A stretch of DNA of 64,000 nt from Dudresnaya verticillata. Taxonomy: Eukaryota. The stretch spans positions 434,001-498,000 of the forward strand of contig OZ374562.1 in NCBI GenBank assembly GCA_977862235.1, in the 5' to 3' direction. The notes below the pieces were generated by a model. The model worked only from the letters and a program-made list of their open reading frames with translations, ran no database searches and was not told the origin of the DNA. The position numbers and the translations under genes were made by a program. Below, piece by piece: positions 33,350 to 45,385 of the stretch. Position 1 is the first letter of the stretch, and the number at the start of each line of letters is the position of its first letter.

Positions 33350-35659
33350 CTAACTGGTTCCTACTACGAACCTGCGACCTACAGGGTAGTGCTTCTGGAA
33401 GTTGCGCTCGCGCTCTTCCATAAGCCTAACCCGATCGGAGTCATGTATCCAGGGGCAAACAACGCGCTCTGGCGAAAGGCAGATGCGACAGTTACCACTT
33501 CCGTAAAGGCGTCGGACCCGAGGATTCGACTCATCCCGTAGCGGAGGTGCTGGTTGCTGCTGTCCTCGCCCATCGTGGGCATTATTTCCGTAACGGTGAC
33601 TCAGCTGCTGTTGGGGGCCAGGAGCCGGGCGAGATCCACCATAGGGGGGACCTTGCGCGCGTAGCATCCTGGGCGGAGTAGGGTGGACGCTTTGCGGGGG
33701 CGAGGAGTACGGGGTAGAAAAGGTAACCCCCGTGCTCGTTCCCGTAGCGGCACCGTGACCTCCCTCGACGGCTAGCACTTTATTATCCGTAGCGGAAAGA
33801 TTCCCTTGCGACTCATAGTTTACATCCGATACGGAATCCAGCGACAACACCTTAGACGGGCGCGCTTTAGTGCGCCCATCAAAGACGTGAGCCGGAACGG
33901 TTTGACGTCGAACTGCCCGATGGGACTAACCCAGGCCAGTCGCATAGCGAGTGATGGCCTGATAATCCAACTGGCAATGCGCCGCTAGACAATTTCTCAT
34001 CTGTTGACGAGTACCCGGTAGGAGTCCTTCAACGAACAGTGACTTCAATGCCCGATCGGAAAATACTGTACCGCAACGGAGAGCCTTGGCCCAGAGCTGG
34101 TTCGAGAACTGCTCTTCCGTCATGGCGGATGTTTGCCTGAAGTTACTGACATCCGTATAGGCTTCAGCAATCACTTCATCCGTAGCGTAGGTTCTCAATA
34201 AAAAGTTCACCACCTCGGAATATGTGCGGAACATCTCAGCCTGCTCCACGTCAACCGCCATGGTACCTCCAGCAAGCCTAGCCTGTAGAAGGGCTTCGGC
34301 CTGTCCTTTAAGGAAAAACTGGAAGCACCAGACGGTAACCCCTTCGGCGATGCCGTTGATGTTACAACCGTCACGGAGCTTGGCGAGAAATCCCAAGGCG
34401 GTAATAGGGTCCGTCCCATCGAATGTATGGGACGACATCTGGACGTCGAGTTTCTTCCGTATACGGCTCATGTTTTGTGAGAACTTAGAGCCGTATGTTT
34501 TACTCCTCTTATCCAATCGGTAGGTGCGGTAGTCTAGCGCCTTGACAAATTTGTCATGTAGCGGCCGGATTACCTTCACCTTTCCGGATTTGGCACCGTG
34601 TTTTCTGGCCCGGTGCCTATTCTCTCTATCCGTTACGGAAGAACTCTCTGAGTCTGAATCCGTAGAGGTAGAGGAGTCATGCCTTTTTTCGCGTTTCCGC
34701 GATCTTCTGTTTCTCCTCTTGCGGCGGCGGTGTTGGCTATCCTCTGAGCTGCTCTCATTGGATTCCATACCGGATTGGTGGCGTCGTCGCTGGGTGTGGT
34801 CGCCCATGTGCGACCGACGGGGAGGGTCAGAGCGGGAGTGTCGGGCATCTCGTTTATGCCGACCTCGACCGGTCCTCCAACTCGGATGGGGTGAGCTGGA
34901 CGCATCGCTGAGATGGTCGCTGCCTCCACCTGATCGAACCGGAACGGTATAGCGCTCTTGCTGATAACGCCCTGGCGTAGGCACATCTACGCGTCCAGGC
35001 GAATACCGTAACGGTGGCTGGGTGTGTGTTGGTCCCGTAGGGGCGTGTTGATGTTGAGAATCCGTTACGGGAGCCGGTGGCAGTGGCCCAGAGGGTACTG
35101 TGCCCGGCGGCAATCCCATAACGGGGGGTTGTTGCGGCTGCTGCGTTCTTCCCTCGACCGGGAAGTCATTCCGTAACGGTGGTTGCTCAGTGAAAGCTTC
35201 CGTAGCGGGAGGCCTTGCCATGCCGGGAGCAATCTGGCTCTCGAGCTCGGCGGCCACCTTTTCCTGTAGGATCAAAGCTTGCACTATCCGAGGAAGGTGC
35301 TGCTCCAGATAGGAATTAACCAAAGACGGAACAGTTTCCGAGAGGGATATCTCCACCTCTTTTACCATTCCAGGTTGTACTTCCAATCGGAGATGCTCTA
35401 ACACCCTAGGAAGGACCTCCGACAGGACCCAGTGGACCCGATGGGATTCCGGCTTGGGTTGCGGAACTGCCTTCGTGGAGGCGTCTGATCCGACACGGGA
35501 ACGGGGAGCTTTACCAGCAGCACCCTTTAGGATGTCTTCTGGGTTCTCCACTCCGGAACGGATTTCACCTCCTTCACTGCGCAGACTGCGCGCAGCGGGG
35601 GTAGTGTCACCCGCTTTAGGTTCCGTAACGGGACGGTCTGCGTGTTCTTCGTTCTGCAT
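33350..35659 (-). pseudogene. gag: gag of element B (disrupted)
   Basis: LDYRTYRL, FDGTDPI, FLLRTYATDEVI capsid-like region; degenerate knuckle CRICLSPERVVC. Confidence 0.85.
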
Positions 35660-35786
35660 GATGCCTTAACATAACACAACGGTTGTTCTTGCTTGTCTAT
35701 CCAATATTCCGTAACGGGTTGTCGGTACAGCCGAATTCCTACCGTAGCGGATTTCGACGGCTGTTTCTTCCAACCGTGACGGTGTT

Positions 35787-35802
35787 CTAGGTCGGGAGAC
35801 CA
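35787..35802 (-). promoter_or_regulatory. PBS of element B (identical to the PBS of A)
   Basis: Reverse complement reads TGGTCTCCCGACCTAG, 5 nt from the LTR. Confidence 0.8.
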
Positions 35803-35833
35803 AAAGATGTGGTGTAGTGAAAACCCACGAACT

Positions 35834-38800
35834 CTTTGAGATTAGCGAGACCCCAGGAGGAACCCTGATGGGCGTGAAGGAGATAGCGGTAAAACTGTTT
35901 GGCGATGTCCAGGAGCTGGTTATGTACTGTGTTATCTTGTTGTTTACTTGTGCAAGTCTTGAAGGGACTTATATGCACTTTTGAGTTCAGGGAAACCTGC
36001 CTAAACTGAACTCCCCCTGTCCTGCGCGCCACGAAAGTGGCAGGAGGCGCGCCAGGAACATCATAAGCGTTCCATAGCCACTCTACGCTACTCAACGTAA
36101 AGTACTATCTATAGAACCGCTTGATTTCACTAGTCCAGGAGACCTTTACGAGATCTCCTGACAGACAATTCATTCCTCAGGTGCTGCCAACGTGAATTCA
36201 GGAATCACTTCCTGGTCCTTCCTGGAAGCTGTCATTATGTCTTCATCAAAATCCAGATGCAAAAATTACATCTCTTGAATTTCTCCTGTCATCCACATCA
36301 ATTCCTGACAACTCCTGTTGTAGCTGTGCCACTCCTGACACGTACCATGAATTACTATGCGCGACCACCGTACATACACTATACCATCAACACCCCCTCT
36401 TGCGGTGTGAGCCTTACTTCGCCTTGACGACATCCTGCAGACGCAATACTCCCATGCCTGTTCTATGCTTCTCGAACAGAACTCTTTGAAGAGGCTTCGT
36501 CAGTATATCTGCTCCCATCTGCTCTGTTGGACAGTACAGGAGGTTGATGATACCCTCCTGTACGTTGTTTTTGACGAAGTTTCTGCGGATGGAAACATGC
36601 TTGGCATGTCGAACACCTTCTGTTCCCCAAACCAAAGCTCCCTGATTGTCTCCTAAAATAGTCGTGTTGGCTTCCGGACGACTTTCCAGCTCGCTCAGAA
36701 GCTTCCGCAGCCACACGACCAACTTCACACCTTCGCTCATCGCGCAATACTCAGCCTCAGTAGTTGACAGGGCGACACCGCCTTGTTTCACCGTGCGCCA
36801 TGCTACTGCAGCACTACCCAGCAGCATCAGGATCCCTGAAGTCGACTTCCTGTCGACTCTGTCCCCATCCCAGTCAGCGTCACAAAACGCCTTCAGCACA
36901 CACTCCTGGTCGGTCAGGAGCCTGAGGGAGTACTCTGCAGTTCCTCTAAGATACCTCAGGATCCTCTTGAGTCCGATCCAGTGTACTTGTCTAGGACTTG
37001 CAGCAAACCGGCAAAGTATGCCCACTGCTGCACTGATGTCCGGCCTTGTTCTTGTAGCAATGAAAAACAGACATCCCAGGACTTCCTGATAAATCTTGAC
37101 GTCTGATGGAGGACCAAATCCGAAAATTCTCGCAGCGCTCCCTCTGCCATAGGGGTCTGCACCGGTTTGCAAGTTTCCATCCCAAACCTGTTCAGGACTT
37201 GTAGAACATAGTGTGTTTGGGACAGCCAAGCCCCCTCTTCATCCCTGATGAACAAAACCCCCAAGAAGGAGCGCAACGAACCCAGATCCTTAACATCCAG
37301 GTGTTTCCCCAACTCCTTCTTGGTCTTGAATACTGCTTCCAGATCACCCATCAGGATAACATCATCGACATACAGAAGGATCCAAACCTTCCTTTGTCGA
37401 TACACACAGCTGTCAGATATCAAGCTGTCGAAGCCTAGTATTTCCATTATGGATTCCCACTTGTCATGCCACAAACGTGGTGCCTGCTTGAGTCCGTAAA
37501 GCCCTCGACGAAGCTTCAGGACCTTTCCTGGCTCACAAAGAGTGAGCCCCGTGGGCGATTTGATGTATACCTCTCCATCAATCTCTCCGTGAAGAAAAGC
37601 GGTGCGAACATCCATCTGTTGAACGCAATACCCCCTCTGCACCACCACCGCAAGGCAGGTGCGAACCGTCGCGAAGTCGACGACTGGAGCAAATGTCTGA
37701 TCAACGTTTCCTTGCAAAAATCCGCGGACGACCATCCGGGCCTTGTACCTGATGACCTTTCCTGACTCGCCCTTCTTGCGAAGAAATATGAATCTAGTAG
37801 ATAACGGACGAACTCCCTCAGGTTGCCGCACTACTTCCCAGGTTCCATGCTTCCTGAGTGACTCCAGCTCAGAATCAATGGCCTCTTTCCAATGTTGGGC
37901 GTGGCTGCTCCTAAGGGCTTCCTGTACTGATGACGGTTCCTGTTGCGACGCCTCGGTCATCACTAGAGCCCTTGCTACCGATCCAGAGTAGTAAGAAGGT
38001 GCCCTACGCTCACGTTGAGGATAACGACGAGCCTCTGTCTCATTCCGAGGGTAGTGTGTAACCATCTCCTGATGGCCTTCTACGTCTCCTGTTTCCCCTT
38101 CTTCTCCTTGAGCATCTCCTTGATCATCATCAGCAACATCATCTTCTTGAACAGCATCATCCAAGTCTCCTGCATCATCCAGATCTCCTGTATCATCAAC
38201 AAAATCTTGAACAGCATCTGAGTCTTCTTGAGCATCAGAACGCTTTCCTGAATGCCCTTCCTGAACCCCATCAGGAGTTGTAAGACCTTTCTCTTCCTGC
38301 ACAGCCGGCTCATCTTCTTCTTCAGCCAGCAGCGGTGCAGGACCAATACTGACAAAGTCTTTCCTGCTAGGAAACTGACTTTCATCCACTGTGACATCTC
38401 TAGATACCACAGCTATGCTCTTAGACGGTAACCAGAGCTTGTACTGACTATTCTCCAGACATCCAACTATGATGCCAAGTTCCGACTTGGCATCCATCTT
38501 CTTCCGATACTCCTTCGGAATGTGGTACCAACCAAAACACCCAAAGACCTTTAGAAATTTTGCGTCAGGCTTCTTCCCCGTGATCATCTCGTACGATGTC
38601 TTCTTACTATCCTTGGGACAGAAGAACATGTTCCTGATCTTTGCGGCATGGACCACAGCTTCAGCCCAGAACCTCCTGGGCAACGACGCGTGCTCTAGCA
38701 TCGTCCTGGCGCACTCCATGATAGTGCGGTTGGCTCTCTCTGCCATCCCATTCTGATTAGGAGACTTAGTAGGAGCCATACTCTGCTCGATCCCTTGCTC

Positions 38801-41363
38801 TGCGAGATACGATTTCATACCAACGTACTCACCACCACCATCACTATGTAGCCTCTTGATCTTGCAGTCGAACTTCCTCTCCAACCAGGCTTGGTATATC
38901 TTGAAGTTCTGAAGAACCGAGCTCTTCTTCGCGATAGGTACCACAACAAGGTACCCACTGTACTCGTCAATGAAAGTGACGAAATACCTGGCTCCTCCAA
39001 AAGAGCGAACAGACATCGGACCACAAACGTCCGAATGAACTACAGCGCACCTCTCTTGAGTCCTGTTTTTGTTCATGCGCAACTTCTGCCTTGTCTGTTT
39101 TCCCTTCATGCAACTCTCGCATTAATTGGTGCCACTCCTGGGCAACCCGAAGCTGATCCCCGTCACAGCTCCTGTCTTGAGCAGTCTCTTGACGCTCTCG
39201 AGGTTGGCATGCCCTAGTCGTTCGTGCCACAACCTCAAACCGGAATCTTCCAGCTCACTGTGCCTCCCTCGAGACACTGCAGCACGTCCTGAGTGCTGCC
39301 CGGGGTGTACAGGAGTTGCCTTAACCTTGTACACTCCATGATTCACCTTCCCCAGAAAGTGAATGACTTCTGAATGCACTCCTACACACTTCGTACGTCC
39401 AATCTTGATGTCATACCCTTCTTCACACAGTTTCGAGCATGAGAGAAGGTTGGTGTGCAGCTCCGGGATATATAGTACCCCAGGAATAACTAGAATGCGT
39501 TCATCGTCCTGCTCCTGTCCAACGAAGGTCTGCAGGACCAGTGTTCCGCGATGCTTTGCGAACACTTTCTCGCCGTCTCCCAACATGATAGCCCTTGGCG
39601 CGATCTCCTGACAATCGCGAAGCCACTCCTGGCTCCATACCATGTGGTCCGAAGCTCCTGAATCCAACAAAAATGTGGTAGGGCTCCTGGTCATGGGCTT
39701 TTCCATGACTGCGGCGTAGTCTGAGTCACAATCGTAGTGACTACAGTAGACTTGGTATTCCACGTCCTCCTGGTATACAGGACAGTCCTCGTAAACATGT
39801 CCCTTTGACAAGCAAGAGAAACAGGTCTCGTCCTGTTCGCACATCGGCTCGAGTCCAGGTTCCTGACAGCAGTCCACAGCGGTCAACAGCTGCGCCCTCT
39901 GGGCGTTCCCACCATCCCCGGATTCGTTCTTCTTCTTGTCCTTGTACCTCTCTTGACAGTCCTTGATCAAGTGGCCAACCTTGTCACAGTAAAAGCATTT
40001 CCGCTTCTCCTGGTTCTTCTTGTTACCCTTCTTCCCGCGACCTGCTCGATGCCCACCGCCACTTGCAGTAAGAGCTTGGCCTTTCTCATTGGCCTTGGGA
40101 GCCTTCGTCCCTTTCCTGAGCAATTGGTCCTCATACTCCTGAAGGAGGGTTGACGTAGCTGTCTCCCAGTCCAGGACCTCCTGGCGCGACTGTAGCGATG
40201 CCAGGACGTGTCCAAAAGGCGAGATATTCTTGTCTCCGAAGGAGGCCAAGAGCATAGCCACTTGCATGTCATCCGCGATGGTACTCTCCATCGCAGCTAG
40301 TCGGTTGAATATCTCCTCGAAGGAATCAACGTAGTCCTGCATGGATTCCCCTGAATAATTCATCCGGGCCAACTTGGTCTGCAGCTGGACCCTGGTAGCC
40401 GTGTTCGATACGGCGTACCGGTCCTTCAGATGCTGCCACATACGGTATGGGTTCTCCTTCACGCTCAAACAGAGCCTCAGCGGTCGATCTCCTAGCCCTT
40501 GTATCACAACAGCGCGAGCCGTCGTAACCTTCTTCCTGATATCATCACTTGACACCTCATCCTGGTCCAGGACGTCTGACGTCACAACATCAAGAACGTC
40601 CTTGGCTTCAAGCGCAGCGTCCGTGCGCGCACAACAGAGATGAAAGTCTTCTCCAGGTTTACCGTAGAACTTGTAAACCTTTTTGCTGTCCTCCATGACC
40701 TAGCACAGTAGTAATGGCAAAGCCTTGACAACTTTCGAAAATCATAACCGAACAGGAAGATAGTGCAATACGATCAGCAAAGAGCGAGGGCTGGGCCCAT
40801 AACCCTTTGAGATTAGCGAGACCCCAGGAGGAACCCTGATGGGCGTGAAGGAGATAGCGGTAAAACTGTTTGGCGATGTCCAGGAGCTGGTTATGTACTG
40901 TGTTATCTTGTTGTTTACTTGTGCAAGTCTTGAAGGGACTTATATGCACTTTTGAGTTCAGGGAAACCTGCCTAAACTGAACTCCCCCTGTCCTGCGCGC
41001 CACGAAAGTGGCAGGAGGCGCGCCAGGAACATCATAAGCGTTCCATAGCCACTCTACGCTACTCAACGTAAAGTACTATCTATAGAACCGCTTGATTTCA
41101 CTAGTCCAGGAGACCTTTACGAGATCTCCTGACAGACAATTCATTCCTCAGGTGCTGCCAACGTGAATTCAGGAATCACTTCCTGGTCCTTCCTGGAAGC
41201 TGTCATTATGTCTTCATCAAAATCCAGATGCAAAAATTACATCTCTTGAATTTCTCCTGTCATCCACATCAATTCCTGACAACTCCTGTTGTAGCTGTGC
41301 CACTCCTGACACGTACCATGAATTACTATGCGCGACCACCGTACATACACTATACCATCAACA
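35834..41363 (-). mobile_element. Full-length Ty1/Copia LTR retrotransposon (5.5 kb)
   Basis: 559-bp LTRs 35834-36392 and 40805-41363, apparently identical; TSD GAACT; PBS GGTTATGGGCCCAG (40791-40804); PPT 36393-36403. Confidence 0.96.
36414..40696 (-). pseudogene. Copia gag-pol with two frameshifts (39122-40696 gag-PR; 36956-39109 IN-RT; 36414-37229 RT end-RH)
   Basis: CCHC knuckles, LDSGAS, WHERLGH, HSDVCGP, SDGGGEY, LYGLKQAP, YVDD, TRPDI, STTEAEY, ADILTK. Confidence 0.93.
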
Positions 41364-42014
41364 GAACTCCGAGACGGACAGCTGGCCTGACTTTCCTTAA
41401 CGGACGAGAGAAACACTACCTCCACGGGGTGGTAGAGCAGTTCGCACCGTAACGGGAGAACAGCTAGCGGCTAATCGAGACGGATATTGGGAAGCAACAG
41501 ACAAGGGGGTGGTACAAGTGCCGGGACGGACTCCGTAACGGTGGTGATGGTAGACCGCAACTGTGGTAGACCGCAACGGGCTCGGCGCGGGGAAAACCGT
41601 AAAGGATTGGGCTAAGGTTGCTTACACGTTTACCTTAGGAGCTGCTGCGGTGCCGCCCTGATATACAAGTCAGGGTGGCACCGAGCGGTCCGGTCCGTGG
41701 GGGCCAGACCCTAGTGGTCTGGTCCTATGGTGGAATCGGCCCTGCTGGTCCCAATCTCCGACACGGACATGCGCAGCATTCTCATTGGCTGGCGCGCTAC
41801 TCTACACACTGTACAGATACTCACTAAAAATAAAGAATAAATACTACAAATACTCCGCTGCGGTTGGTGCGCTCCACTTCTGCACAACAATGTAAGCCAT
41901 CACACAACAATGCACCCAAGGCCGAGACGGATACACGTGCACAAATCCCACAACGGTTCAGGCCACACTATATGCATTTCCACCGTTTCGGATGCCCAAT
42001 CTCACTTCACCACA

Positions 42015-44718
42015 GTACCGTTACCGCTGTACCTTGGGCGGCGTTTTGGTTCGTCAATAGAAGGTCGAGATCGGAGCGGAGCCCTTGTAGGGCAACGTCC
42101 CGGTCTTCTTCCAACGTCTGTAGATGACTAAAAGTTCCTCTGACACTGTCGTCCAGCATCTCGGCAAACCTAGCGAGCTTGGCATCGCCTTCCAGGACGC
42201 ACACCTGTCGGATCCGTTCGCGTGGTATCGTTAAGTTACTCACGTGGACGACCGAGGGTGACGCCGTTGGCGGTTGTTGGTTTTCGGGGGTTGACCGGTT
42301 GGCCGTCCCCCCAGCGCTTCGGCTTCGAGAATTCGGCTTAGCCGGTAAACATCCGGCACTGCCGTGGGGTGTGGGGCAACATGCCCCAGGTGTTGATGGG
42401 TCGTCAGCGACATTGCGCTCCGCGGAGCGCCCCTTTTCGTCGTTGATGGGGATGGTTGGTTGGTTGTCCAGAAGTTCCGGTTGTTCCTAGACGATGTCGG
42501 CATGTCTTCCGCCTACGGCGCGCTGTTGATCGGCTTGCACTGTGTCAGCCGAGTTAACATACGAGCGGGACGTGCGCAGGGCCGGTCCCTCGGGAACTGA
42601 GGTGCGGACGACAACAGGGATCCGCGTCGGCGGGGGAGGTAACTCTCCCTCGTTGTGCGAGGCGTGGGAGCCTGCGTGACCGTGGCCCGGGAGAGGCGTC
42701 GGGAAGGCCGACGCGATCTCCGGGCTCACGAGGCACCCCAATCGTGTTTTCATTGGCCGGTGCGATCGCTCCGACGCGGAAATACTTCCTGGCGTCGATG
42801 ACAGTCGTCTTGAACTTGGGCCGCTCACTTTTGGTGGTCTAGAGGCCATGATACAATCGTAAATCTACTTGAACGTCGTGGACGATTAGTTTGGCATAGA
42901 CGTCAGCTCGAACTGACGTGTAGCGCGGCTGGGCTCGTCGTCGCACCCAGCCCTGTCGAAGGGTGGTAACGGTAGATGGTAGAGCGGTGGTGTCGGCCGC
43001 GCGCGCCGTCGACGGTTGCGGATCTACGGCGTCGAAGCCTGAGCGCACACGGGGCGGACCGTAAGCGGGCGGCAGCGGCCGGATCCCTGCGTCCCCGTCG
43101 TAGGAAGGCACGAAACCGACAGTAGGGAAAGGAAAAGGAAAGCCTAGGCGTCTAGGGAAAGAGAGAAGCCGTAGGGCGAAAGACTGGGAAAGGAACCCAA
43201 AGCAGAAAGGGGCAAGCCTGGCGTAGGCTGGCTTGCCTTCGTTTTCTCAAGCCCAGAGGGGCGACTACTAAATAGATTTCAGGGCCTACGGCGGCACCAA
43301 CGTGGGAAGTGCGCCGGCGCGCCCCGACACGCGTCGACGTGTACTGGTAACGGTAAACCGGGGGCGCGCACGGGCGAAACGGTCCACACGTACTCAACGG
43401 CTCGACACCGGAGTCCGCGCGCGCGTGTCATGCACCCAACGGCTCTCCGCCGGAGTGCGTGCGCACGGCGCGTGGGACAGCAAGGCGTTCGACCGCCGCT
43501 TACACTGGGCGGTATATTACGCTACACACAAAAATAAACGTAGAAATTGCACGAGAGTGTCACTGTCACACGCGTACGCGTAGGTGCCACAGCGCACTGA
43601 CTTACAGCGCCAGCGGGGCTTCGGCGCCACCGGCTGACAGCGTGCGCACAGAGCGGCTGGTATTACAGCCGCGTTCGCGCCGCAGCTGGTCTTATAGCTG
43701 CGCATGCATGGCACTGCTGGTCTTACAGCAATGCCACAAGTAGCGACAACGTCAGACGACGGGTTGTCGGACGTTGCACGACGGTAGAACCCGTTGTAGC
43801 GTAGAACCACTCTAGGTCTGGAGACCAGATGTGGTGCAAACCGACTAGAGATGAGGAGCACCTCCGGGTAGTGCGATCCCGGTGAGTAGCACGCTGGTAG
43901 CGAGGGTGTGGTAGAGCGAAGGAAACGCGCCGAGGGCGGACTATAAACGCCCTGGGCGGTAAAGGTAGAAACAAAGAAACAAAGAGAAAGGGAGAAAGAG
44001 AAAGAGAGAGACAGACGTGTCTGGGACGTAGGTTGACGCGGAAGCGCGTGCGGAGCTGCGTAGTTGCCGTCGTTGGTAACGAGATGTACGCACTAGCGAA
44101 GGGGCTTCAGGTCCGGGGCCGGCTTGCTGGGATATACTCAACGTCCTAGACGGGTTACCTAATATACTATCGCTATGATGTGGGCGGCGGCGTGGCGTGG
44201 CGCCCGGGAACTCGGGACGCGTGTCAGGCCACCGCGCGTCGGACACGTCGTCGTAGTCATGCAGCCGCGTACCCGCGGGTAAGGAGTAGCTTACAGGCGT
44301 GCGCGCGCATAACGAGTAGCTTACAGGCGGGCCCCGCGTATCGGTAGAGGTGCTCCGGATTCGGATCCCGATCCCTGCCAGCATTGCTGGCGTGTGGTCA
44401 TTACAGGCGCACGCCTTACATTTCAACGGATCCAGATGGGTAATCCCGATGTCCGATCCAGATTCAATCCGGATCTGGGCCATAGTTGCAGATGTGCGCC
44501 TTACACCTCCTGGATCCCGATGGGTGATCCGGATGCGTGCCGCGCCGGGCGTACAGTGCGTGCGCCGCCATGCCCATGCACGATTGCGGCGCCCGTACGC
44601 CGTTGGGCCGACCGTCCGTGACGTTTTCGCGCGCGCCAACAGCGGTTGGGACTGCTCGTCGGTCGACGTCTTATTACACGCTGAGAGCGAAAAAGGGGCT
44701 CGACCCGCTTGCACCACA
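42015..44718 (-). mobile_element. 5' portion of Gypsy element C (LTR 43830-44718, PBS 43812-43827, decayed gag start from 42849), truncated by B
   Basis: TGTGGTGCAA...TTGCACCACA LTR; PBS TGGTCTCCAGACCTAG 2 nt from the LTR. Confidence 0.75.
42890..43738 (-). repeat. Solo LTR related to the element A LTR
   Basis: Colinear diverged reverse complement of 12777-13614; imperfect TSD ATTAG/AGTAG. Confidence 0.9.
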
Positions 44719-45385
44719 CTTTTGTGGTCACCCGGTAACAAATCCTGAAGCATTGTAGTTCCTACTGCAACTTGTGTGCCACATCTTGCTCCCGATCCCA
44801 AACAATCTCAACACTAGGGTAGATATTCTCCACAAACGACTCCGTCCGTTTCTTGAAGAAGACTGCGAGCACTACGGCACAGCGCGTGTTCGCAGGGCCA
44901 GGTTATGTGAACGAAGGAAGTGCTGTCATCTGCCAACACTACAATACTCGACGCATATGTAAAGCGCAACTTAGAGCATGTGGATACATCGCCTAGATTT
45001 CTCTTTTAGCCTCCAGTCTGTCTCCGTCGATTGCCGTTCCCTGACAGCAAGAATTATTCATATTGGACAGACAAAACGAACTGTCGTATCGACGGTGGGG
45101 TTCACCGCCGCCTTTCGCGGATCAAGTGGCATTTTCGCGTGAGGTGTAGAGCTACTTCGGATCTACGACCGGGTCGGCATCACAGCTTATATTGGAAGGG
45201 AATACCGTGACTCCCCTGCAAGGGGACAGCCAGACTGTAAGACACGCGCATCGCTGCCGCCCTGGTTCGATGTGGCGCGCCACGTATGCGCAGACTATCA
45301 GCGACTTTCAGCCTCCCTTCTATTTGAGGCAATTTTAGTAACTCTTCTTTTATGGTGACTCCCTTTGCCAAGTGGCACTCCTTGC

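Larger units (their letters stand above)
10246..42014 (-). mobile_element. Gypsy/chromovirus LTR retrotransposon B (decayed, with multiple nested insertions)
   Basis: 5' LTR, PBS, gag, PR, RT-RH-IN, chromodomain, antisense ORF, PPT (11029-11042) and 3' LTR in the expected order on the - strand. Confidence 0.85.
35808..42014 (-). repeat. 5' LTR of element B (~672 bp net), split by the Copia insertion
   Basis: TGTGGTGTAGTGA...TCACTTCACCACA inverted termini; contiguous after removing 35834-41363 and one TSD copy. Confidence 0.85.
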
